Positions 38,201-50,520 of a DNA stretch of 64,000 nt are shown piece by piece. Under the pieces are notes generated by a model. That model worked only from the letters and a program-made list of their open reading frames with translations. It did not search any database and was not told the DNA's origin. A program made the translations under genes and the position numbers. Source of the DNA: Octopus sinensis (Eukaryota). Positions within the stretch are counted from its first letter, which is position 1; each line of letters begins with the position of its first letter. Location of the stretch: contig NC_043025.1 of assembly GCF_006345805.1 (NCBI RefSeq), forward strand, positions 8,494,001 through 8,558,000, read 5' to 3'.

Positions 38201-39916
38201 TTTTGGGAACCAGCACCAATGCTTTTTATGTGGAACCAGCACCAATGCTTTTATGTGGAACCAGCACCAATGCTTTTTATGTGGAACCAGCACCATGCTT
38301 TTTATGTGGAACCAGCACCAATGCTTTTTATGTGGACCAGCACCAATGCTTTTTATGTGGAACCAGCACCAATGCTTTTTATGTGGAACCAGCACCAATG
38401 CTTTTTATGTGGAACCAGCACCAATGCTTTTTATGGTGAACCAGCACCAATGCTTTTTATGTGGAACCAGCACCAATGCTTTTTATGTGGAACCAGCACC
38501 AATGCTTTTTATGTGGAACCAGCACCAATGCTTTTTATGTGGAACCAGCACCAATGCTTTTTATGTGGAACCAGCACCAATGCTTTTTATGTGGAACCAG
38601 CACCAATGCTTTTTATGTGGAACCAGCACCAATGCTTTTTATGTGGAACCAGCACCAATGCTTTTTATGTGGAACCAGCACCAATGCTTTTTATGTGGAA
38701 CCAGCACAATGCTTTTTATGTGGAACCAGCACCAATGCTTTTTATGTGGAACCAGCACCAATGCTTTTTATGTGGAACCAGCACCAATGCTTTTTATGTG
38801 GAACCAGCACCAATGCTTTTTATGTGGAACCAGCACCAATGCTTTTTATGTGGAACCAGCACCAATGCTTTTTATGTGGAACCAGCACCAGTGCTTTTTA
38901 TGTGGCACTGGCACCAATGCTTTTTATGTGGCACTGGCACCAATGCTTTTTATGTGGCACTGGCACCAGTGCTTTTTATGTGGCACTGGCACCAATGCTT
39001 TTTATGTGGAACCAGCACCAATGCTTTTTATGTGGAACCAGCACCAGTGCTTTTTATGTGACACCAGCACCAATGCTTTTTATGTGGCACCGGCACCAAT
39101 GCTTTTTATGTGGCACTGGCACCAATGCTTTTTATGTGGCACCGGCACCAATGCTTTTTATGTGGCACTGGCACCAATGCTTTTTATGTGGAATCAGCAC
39201 CAATGCTTTTTATGTGGAACCAGCACCAATGCTTTTTATGTGGAACCAGCACCAATGCTTTTTATGTGACACCAGCACCAATGCTTTTTATGTGGAACCA
39301 GCACCAATGCTTTTTATGTGACACCAGCACCAATGCTTTTTATGTGGAACCAGCACCAATGCTTTTTATGTGGAACCAGCACCAATGCTTTTTATGTGGA
39401 ACCAGCACCAATGCTTTTTATGTGGAACCAGCACCAATGCTTTTTATGTGACACCAGCACCAATGCTTTTTATGTGGAACCAGCACCAATGCTTTTTATG
39501 TGGAACCAGCACCAATGCTTTTTATGTGGAACCAGCACCAATGCTTTTTATGTGGAACCAGCACCAATGCTTTTTATGTGGAACCAGCACCAATGCTTTT
39601 TATGTGGAACCAGCACCAATGCTTTTTATGTGACACCAGCACCAATGCTTTTTATGTGGACCAGCACCAATGCTTTTTATGTGGCACCAGCACCAATGCT
39701 TTTTATGTGGAACCAGCACCAATGCTTTTTATGTGACACCAGCACCAATGCTTTTTATGTGGAACCAGCACCAATGCTTTTTATGTGGAACCAGCACCAA
39801 TGCTTTTTATGTGACACCAGCACCAATGCTTTTTATGTGGAACCAGCACCAATGCTTTTTATGTGGAACCAGCACCAATGCTTTTTATGTGGAACCAGCA
39901 CCAGTGCTTTTTATGT
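32229..39916. repeat. 26-bp tandem satellite, about 295 copies, consensus TGCTTTTTATGTGGAACCAGCACCAA
   Basis: Directly visible head-to-tail array with variant units (gaac/gcac/acac/gtac; caat/cagt). Confidence 0.99.
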
Positions 39917-41099
39917 TTCAAAGTAAGGTGATATTTTTTCTATAGTTAGACAGGTTTCTCACGAGGACTGGAGGCAAACGACCTTGCTCATATGCCAATG
40001 ATACACATTTATAACCATCGTGTAATGTCTATACAAGGTTACATCATCATCATCATCATTTAACGTCCGTTTTCCATGCTGGCATGGGTTGGAGGGTTTG
40101 ACTGAGGTCTGGAGAGCCAGCAGCAGCACCAGGCCCAGTCTGATCTGGCAATGTTTCTACAGCTGGATGCCCTTCATAACGCCAACCAATCCAAGAGTGT
40201 AGTCAGTGCTTTTCACATGCCTCCAGCACAGGAGCCAGTCAGGCGAGCCTGGCATCGATCATGTTCAGATGGTGCTTTTTATGTGCCACTGGCATAAAAA
40301 CCAGTCAGGGGCTACTGGCATCAGCCACGACTTGGTGCTTTTTACATGCCACTGGCACGGGAGCCAGTCAGGCAGTATAAAAACACAATGGGATTCTTTC
40401 GATTTCCATTCACCAATCCATTCACAAACCTGTGGTCAACCCAGAGCTATAACAAAAAACATTTGCCCAAGATTCCATGCAGTAGGCGTAGGAGTGGCTG
40501 TGTGGTAAGTAGCTTGTTTACCAACCACATGGTTCCAGGTTCAGTCCCACTGCGTGGCACCTTGGGCAAGTGTCTTCTACTATAGCCTCGGGCCGACCAA
40601 AGCCTTGTGAGTGGATTTGGTAGAGGGAAACTGAATGAAGCCCGTCATATATATGTATATATATATATGTATGCGTGTGTATATTTGTGTGTCTGTGTTT
40701 GTCCCCCTAGCATTGCTTGACAACTGATGCTGGTGTGTTTATGTCCCCATCACTTAGCGGTTCGGCAAAAGAGACCGATAGAATAAGTACTGGGCTTACA
40801 AAAAAATAAATCCTGGGGTCGAGTTGCTCGATTAAAGGCAGTGCTCCAGCATGGCCGCAGTCAAATGACTGAAACAAGTAAAAGAGTAGGACTAAACGAT
40901 GAACATGGTTTCAGTTTGGAAAATCAGACCAAGAGAATAAGCCCAACTTAAAAAAGTTAGAACTGGGGTTGATCTGTTGATCCCTCGCAGGGTGGCTGAA
41001 CAAGTGCTATGCCTTGCCAAGGGGCAACCCATAAGGGCAGAAAACAAGAGAAAAGAGACAAAAGAAAGAAAACTAAATGAAGCCCCAATAATAGCTCAC

Positions 41100-41240
41100 C
41101 TTTATCGTAGAAAGTGTATTTCAAATACGTGAAGCTCTCTCTGTTGATGGTCGTTTGTCCAGGGAAGAGACAGTTGGGAACAGCCAGCCTCATGTCATCA
41201 GCATTGATGGTCACCTGGAGATCTCTGCCATTTGTAAGGT
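41100..41240 (-). CDS. C2CD3: C2CD3 exon 8, DLTNGRDLQVTI...FTYLKYTFYDK
   Basis: Polypyrimidine ctctaacag acceptor, gtgagc donor; 141 bp phase 1/1; YL.Y.FYD motif. Confidence 0.88.
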
Positions 41241-41458
41241 CTGTTAGAGAAGAGATGGAGAGGAAACAATCAGAGGTGATAGTGATGGTGGCGATGGTTT
41301 TGTTCGTTCTATTGTCACTACTTAGAATTTCAATGAAGTGGGGGAATGGAATTGGAAATACAAGTGCTCTAGACACTCCAAAAGAGACGCTCAAGATGAA
41401 TATATATATATATAAATGTTACCTTTTTAGCACAAGGTTGTACCAACACACATCTATG

Positions 41459-41631
41459 CCATTCTATATTTAAGAGATGAGGAATTTATATACATTATTT
41501 ACATTTGACAGATATTTGTCCTCATCTTGTTTGTTGTTAACACAACATTTCATCTGATATACCCTCCAGCCTTCATCAGGTGTCTTGGGGAAATTTCATA
41601 CTTGGGTTCTCATTCCTAAGGTATTTTTCGA

Positions 41632-41668
<37 letters not shown>

Positions 41669-42337
41669 GGCGCAGGAGTGGCTGTGTGGTAAGTAGCTTG
41701 CTTACCAACCACATGGTTCTGGGTTCAGTCCCACTGCGTGGCATCTTGGGCAAGTGTCTTCTGCTATAGCCCCGGGCCGACCAATGCCTTCCTTGTGAGT
41801 GGATTTGGTAGACGGAAACTGAAAGAAGCCTGTCGTATATATGTATATATATATCTATGTGTGTGTATATGTTTGTGTGTCTGTGTTTGTCCCCCCACCA
41901 TCGCTTGACAACCGATGCTGGTGTGTTTACGTCCCCATCACTTAGCGGTTCGGCAAAAAGAGACCGATAGAATAAGTACTGGGCTTACAAAGAATAAGTC
42001 CCGGGGTCGATTTGCTCGACTAAAGGCGGTGCTCCAGCATGGCCGCAGTCAAATGACTGAAACAAGTAAAAGAATAATTATTATTATTATTCAGGTCTCT
42101 GCCTGGAATCGAACTCGGAATCTTGGGGTTAATAGATCTTAACCCCAAGATTCCGAGGTCAATTCCAGGCAGTGACCTGAATAATAACATCGAAAAATAC
42201 CTTAGGAATGAGAACCCAGGTACGAAATTTCCCTAAGACACCTGAAGAAGGCTGGAGGGTATATCAGCCGAAACGTTGTGTTAACAACAAACAAGATGAG
42301 GACAAATATCCGTCAAATGTAAATAATGTAAATAATG
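41459..42337. mobile_element. Palindromic element with tRNA-like head and hammerhead motif in each arm; 14-bp TSD; SINE inserted in left arm
   Basis: Arms mirror around 42135; AACA(C/T)ACATCTATG at 41445-41458 and 42338-42351. Confidence 0.7.
42237..42282 (+). ncRNA. Minimal type I hammerhead ribozyme motif
   Basis: gacac CUGAAGA a ggcug-loop-cagcc GAAA cg UU guguu; degenerate mirror copy at 41539-41584 (-). Confidence 0.65.
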
Positions 42338-43077
42338 AACATACATCTATGACAGTAACTTTCTTAAACAACATCTTTACCATATATTTTTAAATAGCAT
42401 TCGATTGACTACACAGAAATTCACCTTTTTTCTCTGACGAGTGGATGCATTACCTTATAATGATTATCAATTTTAGATTTCATTTTGAAGGGTAATACAT
42501 TCATGAAACAATTGTAATTTTAAACTTTTAAAATAAGCATACTTTGAGTAAAGTGCATCAAAACAAGTGCACCTTAAACAAGGGACATATTCATACAGCA
42601 CAGAATCTATTGCATTTCAATGTGTTTTAGGGTTAGTTAGGGTTAGGGGTGGGGGGAAGGGTATCTTTTTTATCTTCAGAAATGTAAATAAACCCAATCT
42701 GTTTCTTAAACAGGGGACATATTCATACGGCACATAATGTTTTTTACCTCAATAGACGTCATTGATTAGTTGAAATTTCAGAAATTGAAGAAAAAAAAAC
42801 AACATGCTGGTGGCACATAAAAAGCACCATCCAAACGTGGCCAGCGCCGCCTTGACTGGCTTCCATGCCAGTGGCACATAAAAGGCACCATCCAATTGTG
42901 GTGACAGAAGGGTTACAATAAAAGAATACCTCTGAGGCACAAATCTGAGCAAGGTTGTTCATGGAAGACCAGCAGTCACCCATGGATGTCAGCCTCCCCT
43001 CTTCGTGCCACTAATGTTATCCAAGGGAAAGGCAAAGACCAATAAAGCTTGGCACCAATGATGTCGCAACTCATTTC

Positions 43078-43491
43078 AGATCTTTTCCGTTTGACCGGCA
43101 GTTTTTTAAAATAATTTCCACGTAACTAAACACTTTTAAACTTCGTATATTGGTAGAATGTGTTTATAAAACATCTTTTTCTCTTGGCTTTATTGAGAAA
43201 ATTCTATAGTTTGTAAAATATTTGTTGTTTTTTTTCTTCAATTTCTGCAATTTCAACCAATCAATGACGTTTATTGAGGTGAAAACATTCTGTGCCGTAT
43301 GAATATGTCCCTCGTTTAAGAAACAGATTGGGTTTATTTACATTTCTGAAGAAAAAAATATACCCTTCCCCCACCCCTAACCCACCCTAAAACACATTGA
43401 AATGCAATAGATCGATACTAGGGTCATAATTATGGGTGACAATTTCATATGACACCGCTAGAAAAAACTGCCGTTCAAACGGAAAAGATCC
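43078..43491. mobile_element. MITE with about 27-bp TIRs and 8-bp TSD (Merlin- or hAT-like)
   Basis: TIR (a/g)gatcttttccgtttga.cggcagttttt; TSD CTCATTTC at 43070-43077 and 43492-43499. Partial copies at 18915-19457 and 42570-42800; related inverted element at 4280-4790. Confidence 0.8.
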
Positions 43492-43727
43492 CTCATTTCT
43501 ACAGCTAAGTGAACTGTAGCAATGTGAAATAAAGTGTCTTGCTCAAGAACACAGCACTCAGCTTGGTCCAGGAATCGAACTCACTACCTCATGGTTGTGA
43601 GCCCGACGCTCTAACCCCCGAGCCACGCACATTCGCTGAGGTGGGTGGTTAAACTAGAGTGACCCAATCCAGACCAAACCAATCTTAGTCAACACGAAAA
43701 ACACAACACGACCCACTCCAAACTTAC

Positions 43728-43949
43728 CAGCAAAATTGCCGTTGAGGGCATATCTGTCCGGCAAAGTCCAGTTGTGCATCTCAGCAATCCGGATGACACG
43801 ATCGAGGTCGTTGGCCTGAGAGAACTTGATGCTCACCTCAACGCCACCTACGACACGCTCCAGCTGACCTGCTGATGATGTCTGGACTGTGATCAGGCGT
43901 GAAGTGTCCTCCACGACTGGCTTGTTGACAGGGAACCAGCCGTTGATAC
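43728..43949 (-). CDS. C2CD3: C2CD3 exon 7, GINGWFPV...VGGVEVSIKF...DRVIRIAEMHNW
   Basis: GI.GW.P and GG.E.SI.F motifs; cctcag / gtaagt; 222 bp phase 1/1. Confidence 0.92.
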
Positions 43950-43979
43950 CTGAGGGAGGGAGGAAAACAAACATGAATG

Positions 43980-44590
43980 AATCATCATCCTCATCATAAT
44001 AATAATAACCATCATCATCATCATCATCTCCATTCATCATCACCACTGTCATCATCATTCGTCATCACCACCACCACCACCACCAAACATCAACATCATC
44101 ATCTTGTAACGACTATACAAGGTTACGTTACATCATCATCATTATCACCACCACCACCACCATCATCTTGTTGTAACGTATATACAAGGTTACGTTACAA
44201 CAACATCACCATCACCATCACCATCATCATCATCACCATAATCACCACCATCACCATCATCATCATCATCATCATCATCACCATCACCACCATCTTGGAA
44301 CGTCTTTACAAGGTTACATTACAACAACATCATCATCATCATCACCATCACCACCATCATCACCATCACCACCATCATCATCATCACCATAATCATCATC
44401 ACCATCATAATCATCATCATCACCATCACCATCATCATCACCATCATCACCACCACCATCATCATCATCATCACCATCACCATCATCACCATCACCATCA
44501 CCACCACCATCATCATCATCATCACCATCATCACCATCACCACCATCACCACCATCACCATCTTGTTGTAACGTCTATACAAGGTTAGAT
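43980..44590. repeat. (CAT/CAC)n microsatellite with an interspersed 21-bp motif
   Basis: Visible trinucleotide tract; gtaacgtctatacaaggttac-like motif four times. Confidence 0.92.
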
Positions 44591-44692
44591 CATCAATGCC
44601 ATCTCCGAAAGATGGTTGCACTGTACAGGAGTGTACAGGATAAGTTTCCCCCTCCTGCCCACATAGAGAGCAATAAAGAAGATTGTACTAAC

Positions 44693-44779
44693 CGGTGGTG
44701 CTGGTGAGCAATTCAGCAAGTGGTACAAAGGTATTTCCCAGTAAGACATCTTGATGGTTGGTGCAGGAGATGCCAGGTT
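44693..44779 (-). CDS. C2CD3: C2CD3 exon 6, EPGISCTNHQDVLLGNTFVPLAELLTSTT
   Basis: LLG...VP..ELL C2 motif; attag / gttagt; 87 bp phase 1/1. Confidence 0.85.
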
Positions 44780-45131
44780 CTAATCCAGTGAGGGTGAAGA
44801 AAGGAGAAAAATGGTTTAATACAGGTTAGTGTTATGGAAGGGTTCGACTGCATATTTGTATCGGCACGCACATGCATGTATATGCGTGTGCATGTATGTA
44901 TGTAAATATATAGGAGTGGCTGTGTGGTAAGTAGCTTGCTTATGAACCACATGGTTCCGGGTTCAGTCCCACTGTGTGGCACCTTGGGCAAATGTCTTCT
45001 ACTATAGCCTCGGGCCAAACAAAGCCTTGGGAGTGGATTTGGTAGACGGAAACTGAAAGAAGCCCGTCATATATATATATATATATATATATTTTCCTGT
45101 CTTCCCTTCTCTGGATCTTTCCTTCTCCTAT

Positions 45132-45166
45132 GTTTCCGACGAAGAGCTCTGCTCGAAACGTTAAAC
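45132..45166 (+). ncRNA. Minimal hammerhead motif, CCGACGA core variant
   Basis: guuu CCGACGA a gagc-ucu-gcuc GAAA cg UU aaac; sister copies at 63674-63708 (-) and 60594-60629 (-, CUGAAGA core, GAAA mutated). Confidence 0.55.
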
Positions 45167-45516
45167 CCTCCTTCTTTCCTGAGCGTCCAATAATACTATA
45201 TTTGTTCCACGTCCTTGCGTTGTTGTGTTTTTTTTGTGCTTTCTTGTTTGGATTAACTATATATATATATATATATATACATATATAAATGTATGTGTGT
45301 GTATATGTTTGCGTGTGTGTGTTTGTACCACCAACATCACTTGACAACCGATGAGGGTTGTCAACGTCCCCGTAACTTAGTGGTTCGGCTAAAGAGACCG
45401 ATAGAATAAGTACTGGGCTTACAAAGAATAAGTCCTGGGGTTGATTTGCTCGACTAAAGGCGGTGCTCCACCATGGCCACAGTCAAATTATTGAAACAAC
45501 TAAAAGAGTAAAAGAG

Positions 45517-45547
<31 letters not shown>

Positions 45548-45965
45548 TTATAAATAAGAATAATATCGATATTTAAATATCGATATTATCAAGTGGCCAG
45601 CATGGGAAAAAATACCATACAAAGGTAATAATTTTTTTACAACTAAAAATAAGGGTGTCTGAGAGACACCACCATGCCGAAATAGCAGTCAAATCCCTGA
45701 CTCTAAAAACCACCTTAAATGTTCATATATATATATATATATATATGGAGGCGGAATGGCCTAGTGGTTAGGGCAGCGGACTTGCGGTCGGAGGATCGCG
45801 GTTTCGATTCCCAGACCGGGCGTTGTGTGTGTTTATTGAGCGAAAAAAACACCTAAAAGCTCCACGAGGCTCCGGCAGGAGGTGGTGATCCCTGCTGTAC
45901 TCTTTCACCACTCTAAAGGCGGTGCTCCAGCATGGCCGCAGTCAAATGACTGAAACAAGTACAAA

Positions 45966-46003
<38 letters not shown>

Positions 46004-46230
46004 AGTTAGAAAACAGATGTAATGGATACAAATTAATTCATTAATTAATTAACATGTTCACCTACAATTGTTTCATTTCACAAACAAAATTAAAATAGGA
46101 AAGGGAGAGGAGGAAGAAGCGATAAGGAAGAAGCGATGAAGAGGAAGAGGAGGGTAATGACACTATCAAAACACTACCCCCCCCCACCTCATAACTACTG
46201 ACCCACAACACCCTCTCAGTGGTTCCTTAC

Positions 46231-46399
46231 CTGATATATTCTGGTGCCAGAGTTCCAGGTGAAGTCCTGCAGTCTCCAATTGCTCAGCTAAACAAGAGGC
46301 CATACCATTGTTGGTTGCCACCAGGGGGCAGTAGAAGTCAAAATACTGTCCAATGTTAGCATGGAAACACTTTGCCATTGTCCTAGTTGTGAAATTGCG
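46231..46399 (-). CDS. C2CD3: C2CD3 exon 5, RNFTTRTMAKCF...CLAEQLETAGLHLELWHQNIS
   Basis: tgtcag / gtaagg; 169 bp phase 0 to 1; C2-like pattern. Confidence 0.88.
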
Positions 46400-46940
46400 C
46401 TGACAAACAGACAGACAAAAGGAAGATATTAGCCATTTAGCCTCTCACACCTACCCTACAATGTCATTCTAAAAATAAACAATCACATCATCTCAAGACA
46501 ACAACAAGATAATGCAAGATTAATTCTTTTAGTCTTTTACTTGTTTCAGTCATTTGACTGCGTCTATGCTGGAGCACCATCTTTAGTCGAGCAAATTGAC
46601 CCCCATGACTTATTTTTTATAAGCCTAGTACTTATTCTATCATTCCCTTTTGCCGAACCGCCAAGTTACGGGGACGTAAACACACCTGCATCGGTTGTCA
46701 AGTGATGTTGGGGTGGACAAACACAGATATATACACACACATATACACGTATATATACATATATATACAAATGAGGCCTCTTTTATTTATATACAAAATA
46801 TATACTGAACTTTATAGAAGTTCCTACTGTTAATGGTTATATTTACATGCCGAAATCTACCAGTAAATAATTGTTGGTTTATTTAAAAACCATTAAAGTT
46901 ATTATTTGCTCTTATTATATTACATATATATACATATATA

Positions 46941-47607
46941 CTAGCAGTATCGCCCGGTTTGTAAGGGAAATAACTATATAAGCATTTTTAGAGAGTTACT
47001 TCCCTCATATAATAACAAAAAAACTGCATTAAAAACGGAAAAAATTATGGTAAATTTTTTTTTTAAATCGTAGACGCACACTAATACGCAGAAGGGCTCG
47101 ATATGAATGACGACTATAAGATACCCGCTTTTGGTTAAACTGCACCGCAAAATGTGGGAGTAGTTCGGAATCTAAATCGTAGGAGACAGACACCACACAA
47201 CTTCTCTTTTATATCTCTCTCTATATAAACGGCAGTTTGTCTGTGCGTGTTTCTGTGTGTCTGTTTGCTTGTACCCTCACTCTGACCACGGCTTTCAACC
47301 GATTCTGATGAAACTTGACACACACATAGCCCAATGTCATAATTCAAAACTAACGCAGCGAAAATTTTGAAAAGTTCCCCCAGTTCAGAAAAAGATTGAT
47401 AAATTCGACATGGGGTCGACAATCAGAAACACAAACCGCAGATGGTCTAGGGGACGCAACTCGGCCTTTTTAACTATCAAAAAAAAAATTTACCATCATT
47501 ATTCCCCATTTTTTTTGCTATTTTTTGGCTATAACTCTCTAAAAGTGCTTTATAGTTATTTCCCTTACAAACCCGAGCAACGCCGGGCGATACTGCTAGT
47601 ATATAGA
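46941..47607 (-). mobile_element. Helitron H1 with a second, opposite-strand Helitron (47214-47599) nested in its 5' end
   Basis: Outer CTAG at 46941, its 5' end resumes at 47600 (tatataga); inner TC at 47214, CTAG ends at 47599. Confidence 0.75.
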
Positions 47608-50520
47608 TATTTATATAGTAAACTTTGCTTGAAGACTTGTTGAGGCAAGTGAAATCAAAATCACTGACGTGGCCAATGACATTACCACTTGATTGGCACT
47701 CATACCAGTGGAACTTTAAAAGCACCATCTGAGCGTGAAAATTGCCAGGGCTGTTGACTTGCTCCTGTGCCAGTGACACATAAAAAGCACCATTCGAGCG
47801 TGATCATTGCCAGCATGGCCTTACTGGCACTTGTGCTGGTGGCACGTGAAAATCAACATTCAAGCGTGGTCGTTGCCAGTGCCACTGGACAGGCTCCCAT
47901 GCAGGTGGCACATAAAAAATACCTTTGAGTATGGTTGTTGCGAGTACTGCCTGACTGGCTCCCGTGCAGGTGGCACGTAAAAAACACCTCTTGAGTGTGA
48001 TCGTTGCCAATACCACCTGATTGGCCCTTGTGCTGGTGGCACATAAAAGGACCCACTACACTCTCGGAGTGATTGGTGTTAGAAAGGGCATCCAGCTGTA
48101 GATCAGATAGGAACCTGGTGCAGCCTTCTGGCTCGCCAGTTCTCAGTCAAACCGTCCAACCCATGCCAGCATAGAAAGCAGATGTTAAACGACGATATGT
48201 ATACAATGGGCTTCTTTCAGTTTCCGTGTACTAAATCCAGTCACAAGGCTTTGGTCGGCACGAGGCTATAGTAGAAGACACTTGCCCAAGGTGCCATGCA
48301 GTGGGACTGAACCCGGAACCAGGTGGTTGGTAAGCAAGCTACTTACCACACAACCACGCCTATGCATATTCAAAACAATTTAAATAAAAAAGCTTTACAT
48401 TTGACAGAGTAATCGGAATGCTTAAAGGTTGAAATCTGTAGCATTTAAACCATCCGTGACTGGCCTAAGTATTCTAAGTTTTAAGTTCAAAATGGCCAGG
48501 TCCAGCCTCTCACACCTAACCCACAATGTCATTCTGAAAATAAGTAATCACATCATCAAAATTGTGAAGCTTTGAGATAATCCATGATTAATTCAAAATG
48601 TGAATAAATAAGCGTTACACTTGACAGAACTTTTTAGCATTTGAACCAGCCAAATCAGGCCTGATCTGACCTTTCACACCTACCTTACAATGTCATTCTA
48701 AAAATAAACAATCATCATCATCATCATTGTTGTCATTGTTTAACGTCCGCTTTCCATGCTGGCATGGGTTGGATGGTTTGACTGAAGACTGGCAAGCCAG
48801 TAGGATGCACCAGGCTCCAATTTGATCTGGCAGTGTTTCTACAGCTGGATGCCCTTCCTAATGCCAACCACTCCGAGAGTGTAGTGAGTGCTTTTTACGT
48901 GCCACTGGCAGTGGAGCCAGGCAGGGGTCACTGGCCTCACCACATCATCACAATCTTGAAATTACAAGATAATGAGTGACTAATTCAACACGATGTGAAT
49001 AAATAAGAATTCCATTTGACAGAGTAATCTGAACGTTAAAGGGGTCACCCATTAGCTTTTAAACCAGAGCCCAAATATTCTACCTGTTTTCTGTTCAAAA
49101 TGGCCAGGTCCAGTCTTTTTTACCTACCCTATAATGTCATTCTAAAAATAAGTAATCACATTATTTTGATATAATGCATGACTAATTCAAAACAACATGA
49201 GTAGATAAGAATTCTATTTGACAGAGGAATTTGAATGCTAAAGGGTTAGTGACCCTAATGGAAACATATTAAGGATTTCTTTATCTCGTAATGCCAGAGA
49301 GCACCAGAGAAACAGAAACACACTCACACACATGTTGAGGTGTCAGCACAAGTATGACTGCGTGGTTATAGAGTTTGCCTTATAACCATGTGGCTTTGAG
49401 TTCTATTTCATTGAGGGGTAACTTGGGCAAAGGCCTTCTACGGTAGCTTGAGGTTGACCAACGCTTTGTGAGTGGAAATGGTAGGCCAAAATGGTGTAGC
49501 AACCCATCATGTATATACCACCATAGTCATCATCATTAAACATCCATATTCCATAAAACCAAAGTGCCACATGAAAAGCACTGGTGCTGGTGCCATGTAA
49601 AAAGTACCCAGTACAGTCTGTAAAGTGGTTGGCATAAAGAAGGGCATCCAGCCGTAGAAACCATGCCACAGCAGACTGGAACCTGGTGTGACCCGCTGAC
49701 CTTGCCAGCTCCTGTGAAGCCATCTAACCCATGCCAGCATGGAGAACAGACTTTAATCAATGATGATAGTAATTCCATGCTGACATGCGTTGGATTGTTT
49801 GACAAGATCCGACAGGCTCAAAGACTGTATCCGGCTCCAGCGTCTGCTTTGGCATGGTTTCCATGACTGGATGTCCTTGCTATTACTAACCACTTTACAC
49901 AGTGTACTGGGTGCCTTTTTTTTATGGCACCAGCACTAGTGAGGTTAGCACGCAGCTTGCACAACTAACGTTACAAACGTACGCACATGGCCAAATGCAA
50001 ATGCAATCACACAAACGTACACAAAGTTAGTTGCATACGCATACACAATCACATACAAGCACGACCACATATACAGCCATACATAAAGACATACAATCAG
50101 ACACCAAGACACACAAACATACAACCACATACCAGAAAATAACTACACACACATGCACACAAACACACAGTCACAAACCTGCACACACAAGCACAGCCAC
50201 ACAACCACACGGAGACAGATACACAAATACGCAACCACACCCAATCACAGCCACACCTAAACAGTCACGCACACACACACACACATGCAACCCTACATAA
50301 ACACAGTCACATACACAACGACACAGCCGCAAACACACAACCCTACATAAACACACACAAGCATATAACCACATACAACCACACACACAGTCACATGCAG
50401 CCACAAACCTGCACACACAAACACACAGCCGCATGCAACCATACACAGACACATAACCACATGTAAATGCAGTCACACACACACACACACAGCCACAAAC
50501 AGACAGACAGTCACAGACAA

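Noticed and set aside
32229-39916. CRISPR-like array
   Set aside because: Units are contiguous with no unique spacers, there are no cas genes, and the context is eukaryotic.
32171-39945. ORFs up to 1074 aa (MLFMWNQHQCFLCGTSTNAFYVEPAP repeats)
   Set aside because: The 26-bp unit lacks plus-strand stops, so all three frames are open; frames shift at indels; it lies antisense in an intron.
41241-41394. Longer version of exon 8 suggested by ORF 40957..41394
   Set aside because: The upstream AGs I checked are phase 2; the 41241 acceptor has the required phase 1 and a pyrimidine tract.
43977-44621. Poly-His ORF
   Set aside because: (CAT/CAC)n microsatellite in an intron.
45747-45820. tRNA gene
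   Set aside because: The A/B boxes continue into a SINE body shared with 16812-17209 and 4968-5243.
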